Shown one piece after another: positions 1 through 11,176 of a stretch of 64,000 nucleotides of DNA (the stretch's first letter is position 1; every line of letters starts with the position of its first letter). This stretch comes from a virus. Its lineage: Duplodnaviria; Caudoviricetes. The DNA lies in the IMG/VR virus record IMGVR_UViG_3300033121_001345, positions 4,825-68,824 of that record. The stretch is one strand, 5' to 3'. A model generated the notes under the pieces. That model was not told the DNA's origin. It worked only from the letters and a program-made list of their open reading frames with translations, and did no database searches. The position numbers and the translations under genes are program-made.

Positions 1-3000
1 ATCATGTTCATCATCTTGCTTAATAGCTTATCGTCCTTTATAGCCATTTTTCCAGCTGTAATACCTCTTCTGTAGTAAACAGATATGTTATTCTTTATAT
101 AGTCAAGAGATATATTGTCTATTGTTCCATCGTCAACTTTTTTATCATAGTCAGTCTTGTTAAATATCTCCTTTTTAAACAATCCATTAAGAAATACTCT
201 GTGTGGTTCATTTAACATATAGAATAACTCTTGGTCGAACCTTTTCTCAATCATCTCAAACGCATTAGTATTCAATGATGTTATTGAACGTTTTCTTGAT
301 TTTAAGAATTGAGTTGATGTAGAAAGATTATTCCTTGTTCTGAATTGATAGTCAGGTCTAACTTTTCCAGCTTCATCTTCAAAAGCTTCAGAACCTTCTA
401 TTTTAGATTCATTAAACCTAAGCATTGGTGCATAATTCCTTACAGATTCATAAGGACTGTCCTGATTGTTTGTATATGCATCTGATGTTTCCTTCATTGT
501 TCTTCCGTCTGTAAACTCTCCAGATTGAAGCCTATCAAAAAGCGAAACTCCTATACCATAAAATTCTTTTTCTCTGTCATTTAATTCTATTTTGGATTCA
601 ACAAGCTCTGCTACGCTATTGTGACCTGTCGCACTTAAAAGTTGTAGCCTTTTATCTCTTACATGAGAACGAACTACATCTGCCCATCCGTCAGTTCCAA
701 GTTTTTCAACTTGATGTCCAGACACAGCCATCATTATATCTGTACTATTAGTCATTATCTTTATATGACGATTATAGTCAACATCTGACATTCCCTCTGG
801 TCTTTCTCCGTGAGATATTATAATACTGTCTTTTATATGTTTTAATCTTAAGTCTAAAAGTTTAGTATATATTTCAAAGAGTTTTGCATCACTTTCTTTC
901 ATATCGGTTCTTTGTTCATATACACCGTTTTTATCTTTAACATAAAACATATCTGCACTTAAAACATCTCCTGGCATTAATAGTTTTTTTGCGTCAACTA
1001 TATCTATTCCAGCATCTTCAAATACATTGGTATTAATGTTTTCAATTTCATCTCTAAAGTACTCAAAGTCATCTTTTGATATTTTAATATCTGGCTTCTG
1101 AGAAAGTAACCAATATACTCCAATCTTATTAAACTGACCAAGAGTAAGATTCATATTTGAATCTTTGTTTCCTTTGAACTGATTTATATTTGTAAACACA
1201 TTATTCAGGGTTGTCCTCATCCTATCACTATTAGCTTCAAGTGGTGCGAATATTGTCTGAACCATTACTCCTCCATAATCCTCTCTTATTCCATCAAGGA
1301 AGTTTAATGCATCTTTAAGATTGTAATTAGACAATGCTCCGAATCCATAAGGATTAAGAAATCTGTTTGATAAGCTTCTTAATGCAGTTCCATGACTTCT
1401 TTGCCAACTATTATTAATCTCTCTAAGTTTCTTTCTCCAAAAGTCTGAAATGTCTTGTTGTATAAGTTCTTCTGCTTTTCTTGAGTTAATATCAACAATA
1501 AGATTAACAACTTCTGGACCAACAGTATATCCTTCTGGGCTTCTTGATATTGTTGAAAGTATTTCTCCGTATCTCTTAAGTTCAGCATCTGTCATATCTG
1601 ATATGTCAAGACTAAAAAACTCTGATTCTGTTGGTTTTGTAATATCTACTTTTCCTTGCTGAATAGCATAATCTCTTGCTTTTGATGTTACTTCCTCTCG
1701 TCCTTTTCTAAGTTGCATAACTTCATAATCAGAAGGTGTATATGGCTCATAAGTATCATTTATATCAATACCATTAAGTTCTGCTTCTGCTGAATTATTT
1801 AATCTTTCTTGTGCAACCTCTGCTTCATATTGCTTAGATTTTTCTTCATAATATTCTACTCTTTTTGTAAAATCTAATATACCCATATCACTTGGAGTAG
1901 TCTGAAGTAATCTGTTGTATGATTCAAGTTCTCCTATTTTTGTTCTTACACCATCCTCTGATATACCGATAAACTCTGGATTAACTCTTGCAAGTCTCAT
2001 TAAAAGATTATAGAACTCTACGTTTGTTCTTCTTTTTGCATAAACATTTTTTACAGCAGACTCTCTGAACCTGTTCATCTGTTGCCAAGCAAACTTAAAC
2101 CTTGAGTTTGATATTATTGCCTCAAATAGCTTCATGTGCTTTTCGTATCCTTCTGGAGTAGAAAACTTTGGAGTCTTTATAAGCTTCATGAGGTCTGGGT
2201 TTATTAACCTTGAGTTACCCTTGTATCTTTGACCTATATACTGTTTTTTATACGCTTCGAATATTTTATGAAGATAATCAAGAGAAGCCTTTCTTGTATC
2301 TGGGTCAAGAATATTATTCTTCATTTGCTCTATAATATCAACAACTACTTTTTTGTCAATATTCTCTCTTATTGACAGTCTCCCATACGCTGTTTCTATG
2401 TAAGTTTCAAGGTCAAAAAGTTTATTTTTGTTTCCTATTAAACTTTCAAATACATCTCTTACTTCTTTTGTAAGCTTTATTTTAATAGCACCACTCTTAA
2501 CAGCACCATATATTTCTTTCATCCATTCTTTAAAATGAGATAAAAGTCTTCTTACGTTCATATCTGTTATCTTTAATCCATCTCCGCCTTTTCCACCATC
2601 ATGAAGATATGACTCAAAGCTTCTTGCAAAAAACTCGTTTATAAACTGAAAGTTATCTAAATTGTGTTCTCCTTTAAACTCCTGTGAATCAAAGAATTTC
2701 TTACCCTCTTCTGACATTGCAAAATCATCAAAAGCATCCATGTATTCTTTTGCTTTTGCGTTGCCTTTCTCTGCGTATTCTTTAAGTATAAATCTGAATG
2801 AGTGTCCTAACTCATGCATTAATGTATCTATTTTTCCATTTTTAAGTATAGTTATAACATTGTTAGCATGGTCGTACATTCCTCTTATATAGTCATCTTC
2901 TACTTGTAGTAACTTGTTTTCATTTTCATTCTGATGATTAAATACATCTATATTATTCTCTACTTGGAATAACTTTTCCTTCTCAAGTTTGTATGTTTCT

Positions 3001-6000
3001 TGATTAGCAAGATTTTTTACTATTGCTGTATTTATTATTTTTATCTTTTCTGAATCAGGAATACCTGTATGTTGTGTAAACAAAGAGATTGCCCTTTCCT
3101 CTGGTGTCATTTGGAGTCTTTCTGCAGATGAGCGTGCCTGTATCTCTCCAAATGTTCTTAAGTATAAATTATATGCTATAGATTCTATTTCAGTATCATA
3201 CATTCCACTTTCTATATCATCAATACTTATTCCATCTTTTTTATTAAGATACTCTTCAACTAAAGGCTTTATAGCCTCAACGCTTGTTCCGTTTGGAAAC
3301 GCTTCTTCTGTTTGTATAAAATGCTGTATTTCGTGAAGAAGAGTACTTTTCCATTGTGCGTGCGAATCAGAATCAGTAGAAGTATTTTTTAATACTATGT
3401 CTTCTATTGTATTTTTATCTAATTTTACATCAGCACCAATATTACCAATTCTTAATGCTATTCCTAAGCTTTTACCAGACAGAGTAGTTGTGTACGTTCC
3501 TCTTGTATTCTCTGGTAGTTTTGTAGTAAATGTAACATTAAGGTCTCTTAACTTGGGATAATACTTAAAAATCTCATAATCAATCCCAAGTAAGTCTCCC
3601 ATCTTTATTGTAAATCCATCTCCGCTATCTAATACATTTACTTTGTTTTCTGGGAAATTAAGTTTAATATCTGAATCGTTAGTTTCAAATATCCATTCTC
3701 CTAAAAATGCATCATACTCCCAACCAGTAAGTTGTTTTATGCCAAGCTCGGTGTATCCTTTTTGTTTTAGTTTTTCTGCCAAAAGTCTTTTATCATAAAT
3801 TTCCTTTACTCTTTTTGCACCTTTTTCTCCTATTGCTTGAAATAATATATCTGGATTCTTGGCAATATTAGCAAGTGTAAATCTTCTCGTTACATTCCAA
3901 AGCTTCATTTCTGGAAGTATTCCATTCTTGAAGATATCAGCCGTATTCTTTATTATTCCCATTCTCACAAGATTATAAGAATAATACTTTATAACATTGA
4001 CAAGTGCATTTACTTGTTCTTTTGTAAAATTAGGATTATCTTTTACTACTGGCTCTAAGTACTTTCTTATATCTCTTTCAGATATTATCTTTTTATCTCT
4101 TATTGGATTGAGTGTGCTTATTTCATCATCAAGTATTCTTTCTTTTGGAGTATAATCTCCAATTATTATTCTGTTCTTTAGGTTTTCTATTTTTCTTGAG
4201 CTTATGATGTTTGAAAACTTCGCTACTCCATTTATTATATCAAAGATACTTATATAGTCAACTCTGTCAAGTATATATGTTCTTGACTCTGGGTCTATAT
4301 TATATCTTGATTTTAACATATCAAGAATTACCTTTCCATCAAGAGGATTTGCTCCGCCTTCGTCTGATTTTCCTGCAAACGTTTTATTAATAAGCTTTAA
4401 AGCCTTGTCAATTACAGCAAGTTGTTTTACGATTGAATATGCAGTAGTATCTGTTCCTTTTGCTCTTTCTGCAAGACCATTATAAACCCTTTGAAGTAAT
4501 TCGTATTTCTGTGGTTCTGTTAAAGAATCGTTTTTATGAAGAGTAAGAAATATTGCGAGCCTTACTTTGTTTGTAAGGTTGTTCATATTGGTAGCTACAA
4601 AGTTCATAAAATCTACAGCGTCTGTATTTTTATCAGAGAACATTACAGTTCCATCTGTAGTAGCTTCTATATCAAATACATTTCCATCTTTATCCTTTAA
4701 GCCTGTCGTTTTAAATCCAGAAGGAACAAGGTTTCCGTCTGGGTCTTTAGTTGGCTCAAGGTCAATATCTGGTTTATCAGTATGTCCAAGTTTAACTTCG
4801 TCGTTTACAAACACTATACCTTCAACAAGTATATTATCTCTTGTCTTATATACTCTTTTTGCTTCATCAAGTATATTATTTAAGTATTCTTTCTTTTGGT
4901 CTGATGCTATACAATCTTGTATAAGTTTTGCCGTTATCTCAAAATTTGGTGCTGGATTATCACCAGGAGATGCTATGTATCTTTCTATACTATCTTCAAG
5001 TCTTTTTAATTTAAGTATCTCTATTTGAGAAAACTCAAGAAATGTTTTCGTTGACGGTATTAATCCCTGTTCTACCTGCAAATTATACTCATCGTAAACT
5101 TTTTTGATATGCTCAAGGTTATCTATGTTTCTTTCAAATTTAAGTTTAGACATTACATCATTATAGTAATCTATATCAAGTTTACCAGATGCCATTACCT
5201 GTGCCTCTACTGATTTTACGCTTTTATACTCTGATTCAAATGATTGCATGTATTCTTTAAACGACATGTTTTCAATTCCAGAATCTTCAAACTTATTTCT
5301 TAATTCAACAAGGTTTCCGAGTATTACACTTAGTTTATGTTCACCTTTTTGCTGAAGTTTTTCTATGTTTGATATAATATTATCGTACTTTGACTTTTCA
5401 AGATATGAGTCGCTTGTTGCATTTATTATATCTTTTAATATTGATTTGAATATTTTAAAATCAGACCTTAAGTAGTCTGGAAATATAAACATAGCATTCT
5501 TTGCTGATACATTAGTTATATCAGTATTTGTTGCTGATATATCAAAGAAGTCAGGTCTGTATTCTTGATATGCTATTCCTTTTATTCCTCTATTTAATGT
5601 TCCAAGAGTAAACGAAGTTCCAGCGTGTAGGAACGCTAATGGTGCTAATGTGTATATACTGTTTAAAAACTCTTCTTTTATATCAAAGTCAAAGTCGTTG
5701 TCTGATATATTAAGTTCACGTTCTAATGTATCAACAAGTATTCTGTTATATAAGCTTATAGATGTTAAACCTACAGCACCGTTAAGTTGTCCAAAAAATA
5801 CTTGTTTATTATCTTTTGCAACCCATCTTAAATAAGGAGAAAGTGCGTTAAACACTTTATATGCAATAGCTTCAGAATATGCCTTTTTTGTCTGTGGTTC
5901 TGTTATTAAACTTATGAAACTTTGTGTTGCAGCTTTTGTTTCTGGGTTTGATTTTAATATTGATAAATCCTTAGTAAATGCATTAACTATTCCTTTTGTT

Positions 6001-8786
6001 GCTTTTGAAACTCCTCTTTCTGCAAAATGTCCCATATACATAGTAGAGTTCTGTATTATATGAGTTCCAAGTGCATCAAGGAATACCATAGCATTTGACT
6101 CTGTATTTTTAAGATGCTCTTCTTTGTTTTCCCATTTACAGTCTTCATAGTTAAACATAGCCTCAACATGCTGATTTGAAAGTTCATAGAACGTTCCAGC
6201 ACCACCTAATGCAAATGTTACTGGTGTTATCATTCCTCCTTTTAAAAATGCAGTTGCTACTTCTTTTCCTACTGTAGTTAATGCTCTTACTCCTTTACCT
6301 TCCATTCCAGAAAGTATAAGTCCATAGGTTATTATGTTATCAAATACAGTAGCTACATTACCTTCTCCAACAGCAACTCCAGCTACACCCATAGAATTAA
6401 ATGCAGCAAACTCAGCTACAAGTTTTATTAAGTTTGGAACTGCAACGTTTCCTAATGTATATGGAGTGAGTTTTACTTGATTTAAAGAATGTGCTATTGC
6501 TGATAGAGCTCCTATAGCATCTACTACCCTTATCTCCTCTTTTGTTCTTGAAAAATTTGGTTTTTTAAGAATCCTGTTAAGTTCTATTTGCTCTACGGAA
6601 CCTATTAAACTTCCTAAGAATGGAATTGTATCTTTTGCCTCTGTTTTTGATAATCCGTAAAAGAAATCTGAAACAACACCAGCTGGCTGTTGTGGTAAAG
6701 ACATTATTCTGTCATAAATAACATCAAATAGTTGCCTTGCTGTTTTTTCGTCAGATGGTATATCGTAATTATGAGTTCTTATATCTGGCATCGCCATAGC
6801 CGCTAATCCTGCTCCTTTTAGGAACTTTGGAAGTTCTGGACTTGAAAGACCACTTGTTTTTTGCTCTAATTCCCTTTCTTTATCTATCTCTTTCTTATAC
6901 TGAATCATAGTTCCAATAAGTGCCTGAATATGTATAGGCATTCTTATTGTCCCTTTCATGCTTTGTATAAAATCAGTTTCAGATTTTCCTGTAGCATTAT
7001 GATGCCAATAATAAGATAACGCAACTATTTTTTGCTGAACAGTTGAGTATAAATAATCTTGTGACTGTAAAACCTGTTTTAACTTCGGATTCATTTTTTC
7101 TGGAAGTACAGGTGCTAATTTTGCTTTTACAAACTCTTCATAATTAAAAGCGTTTACAGCATTAGTATATTCATTAAAGATTATCCCTTCGTCTATATTG
7201 CCTTTATACTTATCGTATATCATAGCAATCCAACTGTTTGCCTTTATTTCATCTATCTTTATTTGTTGTTTTCTATACTTCTCTAATAAATTCTTAAGTG
7301 CTATTTCGTTTTTATCTGTTGTTGTGTATTCGTCTTCTTGTTTTTTAGCTTTTACAAAAAGTTCTTTTACAGCTTCTTTTTTCTTTGATAATTCTGCTAA
7401 CTGTTGTTTTACATCTAATACACTTTTACTATCCTTTACTTTTCCTAATTTTAACTCTAAAGATTTTATCTTTTCATTTATAGGCTTTATTGATAAAGAT
7501 TCTATTATATCATTCTTTATCTTTGCATTATCATTGTACTCCTGTATTTTATCATCTGGAATTATTGCGTTTCCATTCTCATCTTTTGGAGATTCGTTTT
7601 CTAACTTCAAGATAGCCTCATCTGCTTTCTTTATTTTTTCTTTTGTTTCTGCTGGTATCTCCTGAATTATAGTTGAAAGCTTGCCGTACTCTTCTTCAAG
7701 TGCAGCAGATGTTTCTATATACTCTTTTGCTTGGGCATCATTTTTATATACTTCAGCTATTGCTTTACTTGCATCCTCTATTTCTTTTGATGTTTTAAAG
7801 AAAACACCCATATCTCCTGTCGCTGCAAGTTCCTTTCTTTGTTTCTGTACTGTTGCATTAAGCTCTTGTATTTCCTTTGATGTTTTTACTGCATCTGATA
7901 CAGATTTTTTATATGACTGGTCATTTAGAAATTCTTGATATTTACTTGACTTTTCAGATACCTTTCCGAGAATACTTTTATAATCAACATTACCAGATGC
8001 TACTGCATCATTTAGTATTTTAAAGTTATCTACTGCTTTAATATCACTAAGGTTGTTATCTTTTATATACTCAGTTGCATCGTCATTTGATACTATTGAT
8101 GTTGGTATTGATGTAGCACCTGTATTCCACATTTTTGCAAGAGGAAACTGATTTGCCTCTATTCCGCCTAATTCCTTAAATACATCGTTGCTTTTTGAAA
8201 CAGCTTGCTGAGCCTTTACATAAGACTCTTGTTGTATTCTTTTTGCTATTTCTTCTTGTGATTGAGTCTGTTGTCTAAAAGCATCATCTACAGATACAGG
8301 TGCATTTATTGCAGAAATAAAATAATCTCCTGCAAGATTATCAACATTCTTTTTTACTGTAGGATTATTTATATCCTTTTGTACATCTCTTACTCTTTTA
8401 TTTACTTCTTTTACAGACTCTTCTATTTTTCTTTTTACAGAATCTGGACTGTCTGATGATGTAGATGTTATTTTTACAATAGGTATTCCATTAGATTGCA
8501 AAGTTGCATCTATATCTTCTGCTTTTTTAGTATTTACTGTTGCTGGCTTTACCTGCTCTTGTGTCTTTTTTGCAGGTGGTACGTTTGGTACAAACGGTAT
8601 GCTAAATGGAATTGGCATGGAGATTCCGTCATTATCTCCAGGTTGTGTTTTACTTACTCCATCTCCAGAAAAGAATTTTTGTCTCTCTGTTCCTGTGTCG
8701 TAGTACTTGTCTCCAGTTATTACTACGTTTCCTTTTGGAAATGATGTTCCAGATGGTTCTTGTGCTTTTTGGTTTTGTTTTGCCAT
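1..8786 (-). CDS. Giant (>2,928 aa, 3'-truncated) polyvalent virion/ejection protein with an LPD23-like region and two HExxH zincin (MPTase-like) domains
   Basis: ATG at 8786 (MAKQNQKAQEPSG...). The frame matches at both ends, and I met no stop when translating by eye to the window edge. Motifs: TGWEYDAFLGEWIFETNDS, LLHEIQHFIQ (3321-3335), GEIQARSSAERLQMTPEER, LMHELGHSF (2802-2816) with downstream EFFARSFESY. Absent from the ORF track because its stop lies outside the window. Confidence 0.85.
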   Translation of the reverse strand, partial: MAKQNQKAQEPSGTSFPKGNVVITGDKYYDTGTERQKFFSGDGVSKTQPGDNDGISMPIPFSIPFVPNVPPAKKTQEQVKPATVNTKKAEDIDATLQSNGIPIVKITSTSSDSPDSVKRKIEESVKEVNKRVRDVQKDINNPTVKKNVDNLAGDYFISAINAPVSVDDAFRQQTQSQEEIAKRIQQESYVKAQQAVSKSNDVFKELGGIEANQFPLAKMWNTGATSIPTSIVSNDDATEYIKDNNLSDIKAVDNFKILNDAVASGNVDYKSILGKVSEKSSKYQEFLNDQSYKKSVSDAVKTSKEIQELNATVQKQRKELAATGDMGVFFKTSKEIEDASKAIAEVYKNDAQAKEYIETSAALEEEYGKLSTIIQEIPAETKEKIKKADEAILKLENESPKDENGNAIIPDDKIQEYNDNAKIKNDIIESLSIKPINEKIKSLELKLGKVKDSKSVLDVKQQLAELSKKKEAVKELFVKAKKQEDEYTTTDKNEIALKNLLEKYRKQQIKIDEIKANSWIAMIYDKYKGNIDEGIIFNEYTNAVNAFNYEEFVKAKLAPVLPEKMNPKLKQVLQSQDYLYSTVQQKIVALSYYWHHNATGKSETDFIQSMKGTIRMPIHIQALIGTMIQYKKEIDKERELEQKTSGLSSPELPKFLKGAGLAAMAMPDIRTHNYDIPSDEKTARQLFDVIYDRIMSLPQQPAGVVSDFFYGLSKTEAKDTIPFLGSLIGSVEQIELNRILKKPNFSRTKEEIRVVDAIGALSAIAHSLNQVKLTPYTLGNVAVPNLIKLVAEFAAFNSMGVAGVAVGEGNVATVFDNIITYGLILSGMEGKGVRALTTVGKEVATAFLKGGMITPVTFALGGAGTFYELSNQHVEAMFNYEDCKWENKEEHLKNTESNAMVFLDALGTHIIQNSTMYMGHFAERGVSKATKGIVNAFTKDLSILKSNPETKAATQSFISLITEPQTKKAYSEAIAYKVFNALSPYLRWVAKDNKQVFFGQLNGAVGLTSISLYNRILVDTLERELNISDNDFDFDIKEEFLNSIYTLAPLAFLHAGTSFTLGTLNRGIKGIAYQEYRPDFFDISATNTDITNVSAKNAMFIFPDYLRSDFKIFKSILKDIINATSDSYLEKSKYDNIISNIEKLQQKGEHKLSVILGNLVELRNKFEDSGIENMSFKEYMQSFESEYKSVKSVEAQVMASGKLDIDYYNDVMSKLKFERNIDNLEHIKKVYDEYNLQVEQGLIPSTKTFLEFSQIEILKLKRLEDSIERYIASPGDNPAPNFEITAKLIQDCIASDQKKEYLNNILDEAKRVYKTRDNILVEGIVFVNDEVKLGHTDKPDIDLEPTKDPDGNLVPSGFKTTGLKDKDGNVFDIEATTDGTVMFSDKNTDAVDFMNFVATNMNNLTNKVRLAIFLTLHKNDSLTEPQKYELLQRVYNGLAERAKGTDTTAYSIVKQLAVIDKALKLINKTFAGKSDEGGANPLDGKVILDMLKSRYNIDPESRTYILDRVDYISIFDIINGVAKFSNIISSRKIENLKNRIIIGDYTPKERILDDEISTLNPIRDKKIISERDIRKYLEPVVKDNPNFTKEQVNALVNVIKYYSYNLVRMGIIKNTADIFKNGILPEMKLWNVTRRFTLANIAKNPDILFQAIGEKGAKRVKEIYDKRLLAEKLKQKGYTELGIKQLTGWEYDAFLGEWIFETNDSDIKLNFPENKVNVLDSGDGFTIKMGDLLGIDYEIFKYYPKLRDLNVTFTTKLPENTRGTYTTTLSGKSLGIALRIGNIGADVKLDKNTIEDIVLKNTSTDSDSHAQWKSTLLHEIQHFIQTEEAFPNGTSVEAIKPLVEEYLNKKDGISIDDIESGMYDTEIESIAYNLYLRTFGEIQARSSAERLQMTPEERAISLFTQHTGIPDSEKIKIINTAIVKNLANQETYKLEKEKLFQVENNIDVFNHQNENENKLLQVEDDYIRGMYDHANNVITILKNGKIDTLMHELGHSFRFILKEYAEKGNAKAKEYMDAFDDFAMSEEGKKFFDSQEFKGEHNLDNFQFINEFFARSFESYLHDGGKGGDGLKITDMNVRRLLSHFKEWMKEIYGAVKSGAIKIKLTKEVRDVFESLIGNKNKLFDLETYIETAYGRLSIRENIDKKVVVDIIEQMKNNILDPDTRKASLDYLHKIFEAYKKQYIGQRYKGNSRLINPDLMKLIKTPKFSTPEGYEKHMKLFEAIISNSRFKFAWQQMNRFRESAVKNVYAKRRTNVEFYNLLMRLARVNPEFIGISEDGVRTKIGELESYNRLLQTTPSDMGILDFTKRVEYYEEKSKQYEAEVAQERLNNSAEAELNGIDINDTYEPYTPSDYEVMQLRKGREEVTSKARDYAIQQGKVDITKPTESEFFSLDISDMTDAELKRYGEILSTISRSPEGYTVGPEVVNLIVDINSRKAEELIQQDISDFWRKKLREINNSWQRSHGTALRSLSNRFLNPYGFGALSNYNLKDALNFLDGIREDYGGVMVQTIFAPLEANSDRMRTTLNNVFTNINQFKGNKDSNMNLTLGQFNKIGVYWLLSQKPDIKISKDDFEYFRDEIENINTNVFEDAGIDIVDAKKLLMPGDVLSADMFYVKDKNGVYEQRTDMKESDAKLFEIYTKLLDLRLKHIKDSIIISHGERPEGMSDVDYNRHIKIMTNSTDIMMAVSGHQVEKLGTDGWADVVRSHVRDKRLQLLSATGHNSVAELVESKIELNDREKEFYGIGVSLFDRLQSGEFTDGRTMKETSDAYTNNQDSPYESVRNYAPMLRFNESKIEGSEAFEDEAGKVRPDYQFRTRNNLSTSTQFLKSRKRSITSLNTNAFEMIEKRFDQELFYMLNEPHRVFLNGLFKKEIFNKTDYDKKVDDGTIDNISLDYIKNNISVYYRRGITAGKMAIKDDKLLSKMMNM

Positions 8787-8931
8787 GTTAAATTGTGTTT
8801 TTTAGCCATGTAATACCGCCAAATTTCGTGCTTGTGTGTGGATTAATGCTAACGCATATACCAAAATTTAACGGCTAAAAAAACGTGTTTTAAACGAATA
8901 TATTATCTTGTTTAATTGTTATTAGATTTAT

Positions 8932-11163
8932 TTAGTATTTTTTTGCAACTGTAGCATTGTTAGCAGTTCCCTTGTTTTTTCCGCTTTGTGATATGTCTTG
9001 AGCATGTTCTGTACTAACATCCACTGGTTTTGATTTATATACTGGACTTATGAAGTCAGACTTTAATGCTTCTTTATATACACTTATTCTTGAACTTGAT
9101 ATAGGAACAGTTCCATCTGCTTCATATACACTTATTTCTCCTGTTCCTTCATTAACTACTGCAAACGCACCGTTTTTATTTTGCTTAGGAAATTCAGAAA
9201 CCCACACTCCCTTTGTATTTGTTCCTTTTATCTTTGTGGCTTTCTTTTCTATAGCTTCTTGTTGTGAATACGCTGGTAGCACTGTTCTTCCATCGTTTGT
9301 TATAAACTGAAGAACATACTCACCTTTATTTACTATAACTCCATTTATCTTATCACCATTACCTCTTTTTATATCTATACCTTTAATAATATCATTATTC
9401 ATTATTAAAGATGCTTTTTTATTAGATTCTAAATATTTACTAAAATCCATCATATCTGCTGATGCAAGTGCTTTTTTTACTTTTCCTGGTTGGGATTCAT
9501 TCCACCAATCTGGAAAAGACTTAAATCCAATTTTTATTTTTCCTACAGAAACAGTAAGATTTTCCCTAAGTTCTGGTTTTTGGAAAAATGAGTTTTTAAC
9601 TTCACTTAAGTTTTTACCTCCTTCTGCAGTTAGCATTGATGTTGTTAAAGACATAGCATCATCTGCGTTGCTTACTCTTGTTCTTCCATCTGCACTTGAG
9701 CTTTTTATATCTCCATTTGGAAGAAGAACGTGAACAGTGTTATTAGCACCAAGACCATATCCATTTGTCTGTATATCAAGTATTGTCTGTTGCTGAGCAC
9801 CAATTTCTGGTATTTCTATTGACTCTTTAGGATATACTTTTGCATTTGCAGATGCGTTAACATTAATAGGAGTTGCTCCTACAGCTTTCATGTCTATATC
9901 TTTTCTGATATTTTTCATTTGCTGATAAACCATTTCAGTAGCATACTTAAGTGCCTTTTCTCCATCCTTGTCAACGTTTCCATCAAGGTCTCCATACTCA
10001 GCAAGTATTCTTGGTCTTACAAGATTTTCAGCGTTATACCTTAATGCCGCATCATACTCTTCTTTTGTAGCTTTAGACTTATCTATTTTCTTTTGGTAAA
10101 AATAATCATCTGGATTAAGAAATCCTTCTGTTTTCTTTGTTTCAAGCAAATCGTGATACTTTTTAAATTCTTTACTTAACGCATATTCCTCTGTTGCATT
10201 ACGAATTTCTGTTTCAAGAGATGCTATTGTTTGGTCTTTTATATCTTTGGCAACTTGAACAGCAGACATTCCTAATGTAGCATTTCTAAGTTTTTCTTGT
10301 ATGCTGTAATTAGGGTTTCCTCCATTTACAATATCCACAAGTCCATTCCTTGTTAAATCTACATCTCTTTTTATTTCTCTTGGTAGAGATAATCCATATT
10401 CGTCTGCTTGTTTTGCAAGTTCATCAGCTTTCTTTACAACAGATGTAAGGTTATTAGCAACATAAGTCATATTACCATTCCATGTATTGAACCCTTCATT
10501 AAGAGGGTTTCCTTTTGTATGGAGTAACTTATATCCATCTTTGTGTCTACCAGCGATGTCAAGAAACTTTTTAGCACCTTCTTTGTATAGGTTTCTAAAT
10601 TGTTCACTATAAACTCCAGCTTCTGGTTGTGTAAATGAGTCCATAGCAGAGGACGTAGCTGTTGGAGTTTTTGATTTATCAGAAGGTTTAATTGCATTAA
10701 GAATAGTATTCATTAATCTTTCTCTCTCGTACTGATAAGGAGCCATAGGCATTCTTGTAGCATCAGCACCACCTGTTATAAGCTGAGTTCCGATTATCCT
10801 TCCACTTATACTACCTGCAACAAGTGGACTTGTTTGAACATAGAAATCATCATTCTTAAGCATGGCTGGGTGCTGATAATCAATCATTCCCTGTATTTTT
10901 TGTCTTTTTTCCTCTGATTGATTTATTTGCATCTCTTGTGACTGCAAACTGTTAAGGTAATCTACAAGCTGTGCTTCGGTGTCTGCAGTAGGGTCTGTAT
11001 CTATTGGTTTATTTGTTATATAACCTCCTGAAGCTGGTAAAGCCCGCTGTGATGCGGGTTCTCTTTGTGCAGTTGAATTTTGTGCAGTTGCGTTATAGTT
11101 TCCTGATAAAAGAATATTATCTTCTACTGGGTCTACTGACTTAAATGATATACCTATAATCAT
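8932..11163 (-). CDS. Putative internal virion/ejection protein (743 aa)
   Basis: Long ORF between the nozzle-like gene and the giant protein; helical, Q/K/E-rich. Function inferred from position only. Confidence 0.55.
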   Translation of the reverse strand: MIIGISFKSVDPVEDNILLSGNYNATAQNSTAQREPASQRALPASGGYITNKPIDTDPTADTEAQLVDYLNSLQSQEMQINQSEEKRQKIQGMIDYQHPAMLKNDDFYVQTSPLVAGSISGRIIGTQLITGGADATRMPMAPYQYERERLMNTILNAIKPSDKSKTPTATSSAMDSFTQPEAGVYSEQFRNLYKEGAKKFLDIAGRHKDGYKLLHTKGNPLNEGFNTWNGNMTYVANNLTSVVKKADELAKQADEYGLSLPREIKRDVDLTRNGLVDIVNGGNPNYSIQEKLRNATLGMSAVQVAKDIKDQTIASLETEIRNATEEYALSKEFKKYHDLLETKKTEGFLNPDDYFYQKKIDKSKATKEEYDAALRYNAENLVRPRILAEYGDLDGNVDKDGEKALKYATEMVYQQMKNIRKDIDMKAVGATPINVNASANAKVYPKESIEIPEIGAQQQTILDIQTNGYGLGANNTVHVLLPNGDIKSSSADGRTRVSNADDAMSLTTSMLTAEGGKNLSEVKNSFFQKPELRENLTVSVGKIKIGFKSFPDWWNESQPGKVKKALASADMMDFSKYLESNKKASLIMNNDIIKGIDIKRGNGDKINGVIVNKGEYVLQFITNDGRTVLPAYSQQEAIEKKATKIKGTNTKGVWVSEFPKQNKNGAFAVVNEGTGEISVYEADGTVPISSSRISVYKEALKSDFISPVYKSKPVDVSTEHAQDISQSGKNKGTANNATVAKKY

Positions 11164-11176
11164 TGTATATTAAATT

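Noticed and set aside
5680-5700. NDFDFD in the giant protein resembling the crAss-like RNA polymerase DFDID motif
   Set aside because: It sits in a helical context with no flanking RNAP motifs that I can recognise; a structure prediction would be needed to revive it.
1-8786. Absence of long ORFs suggesting stop-codon reassignment or a pseudogene
   Set aside because: One standard-code frame is open from ATG 8786 to the edge; the track omits it because the stop is outside the window. All other genes are intact in code 11.
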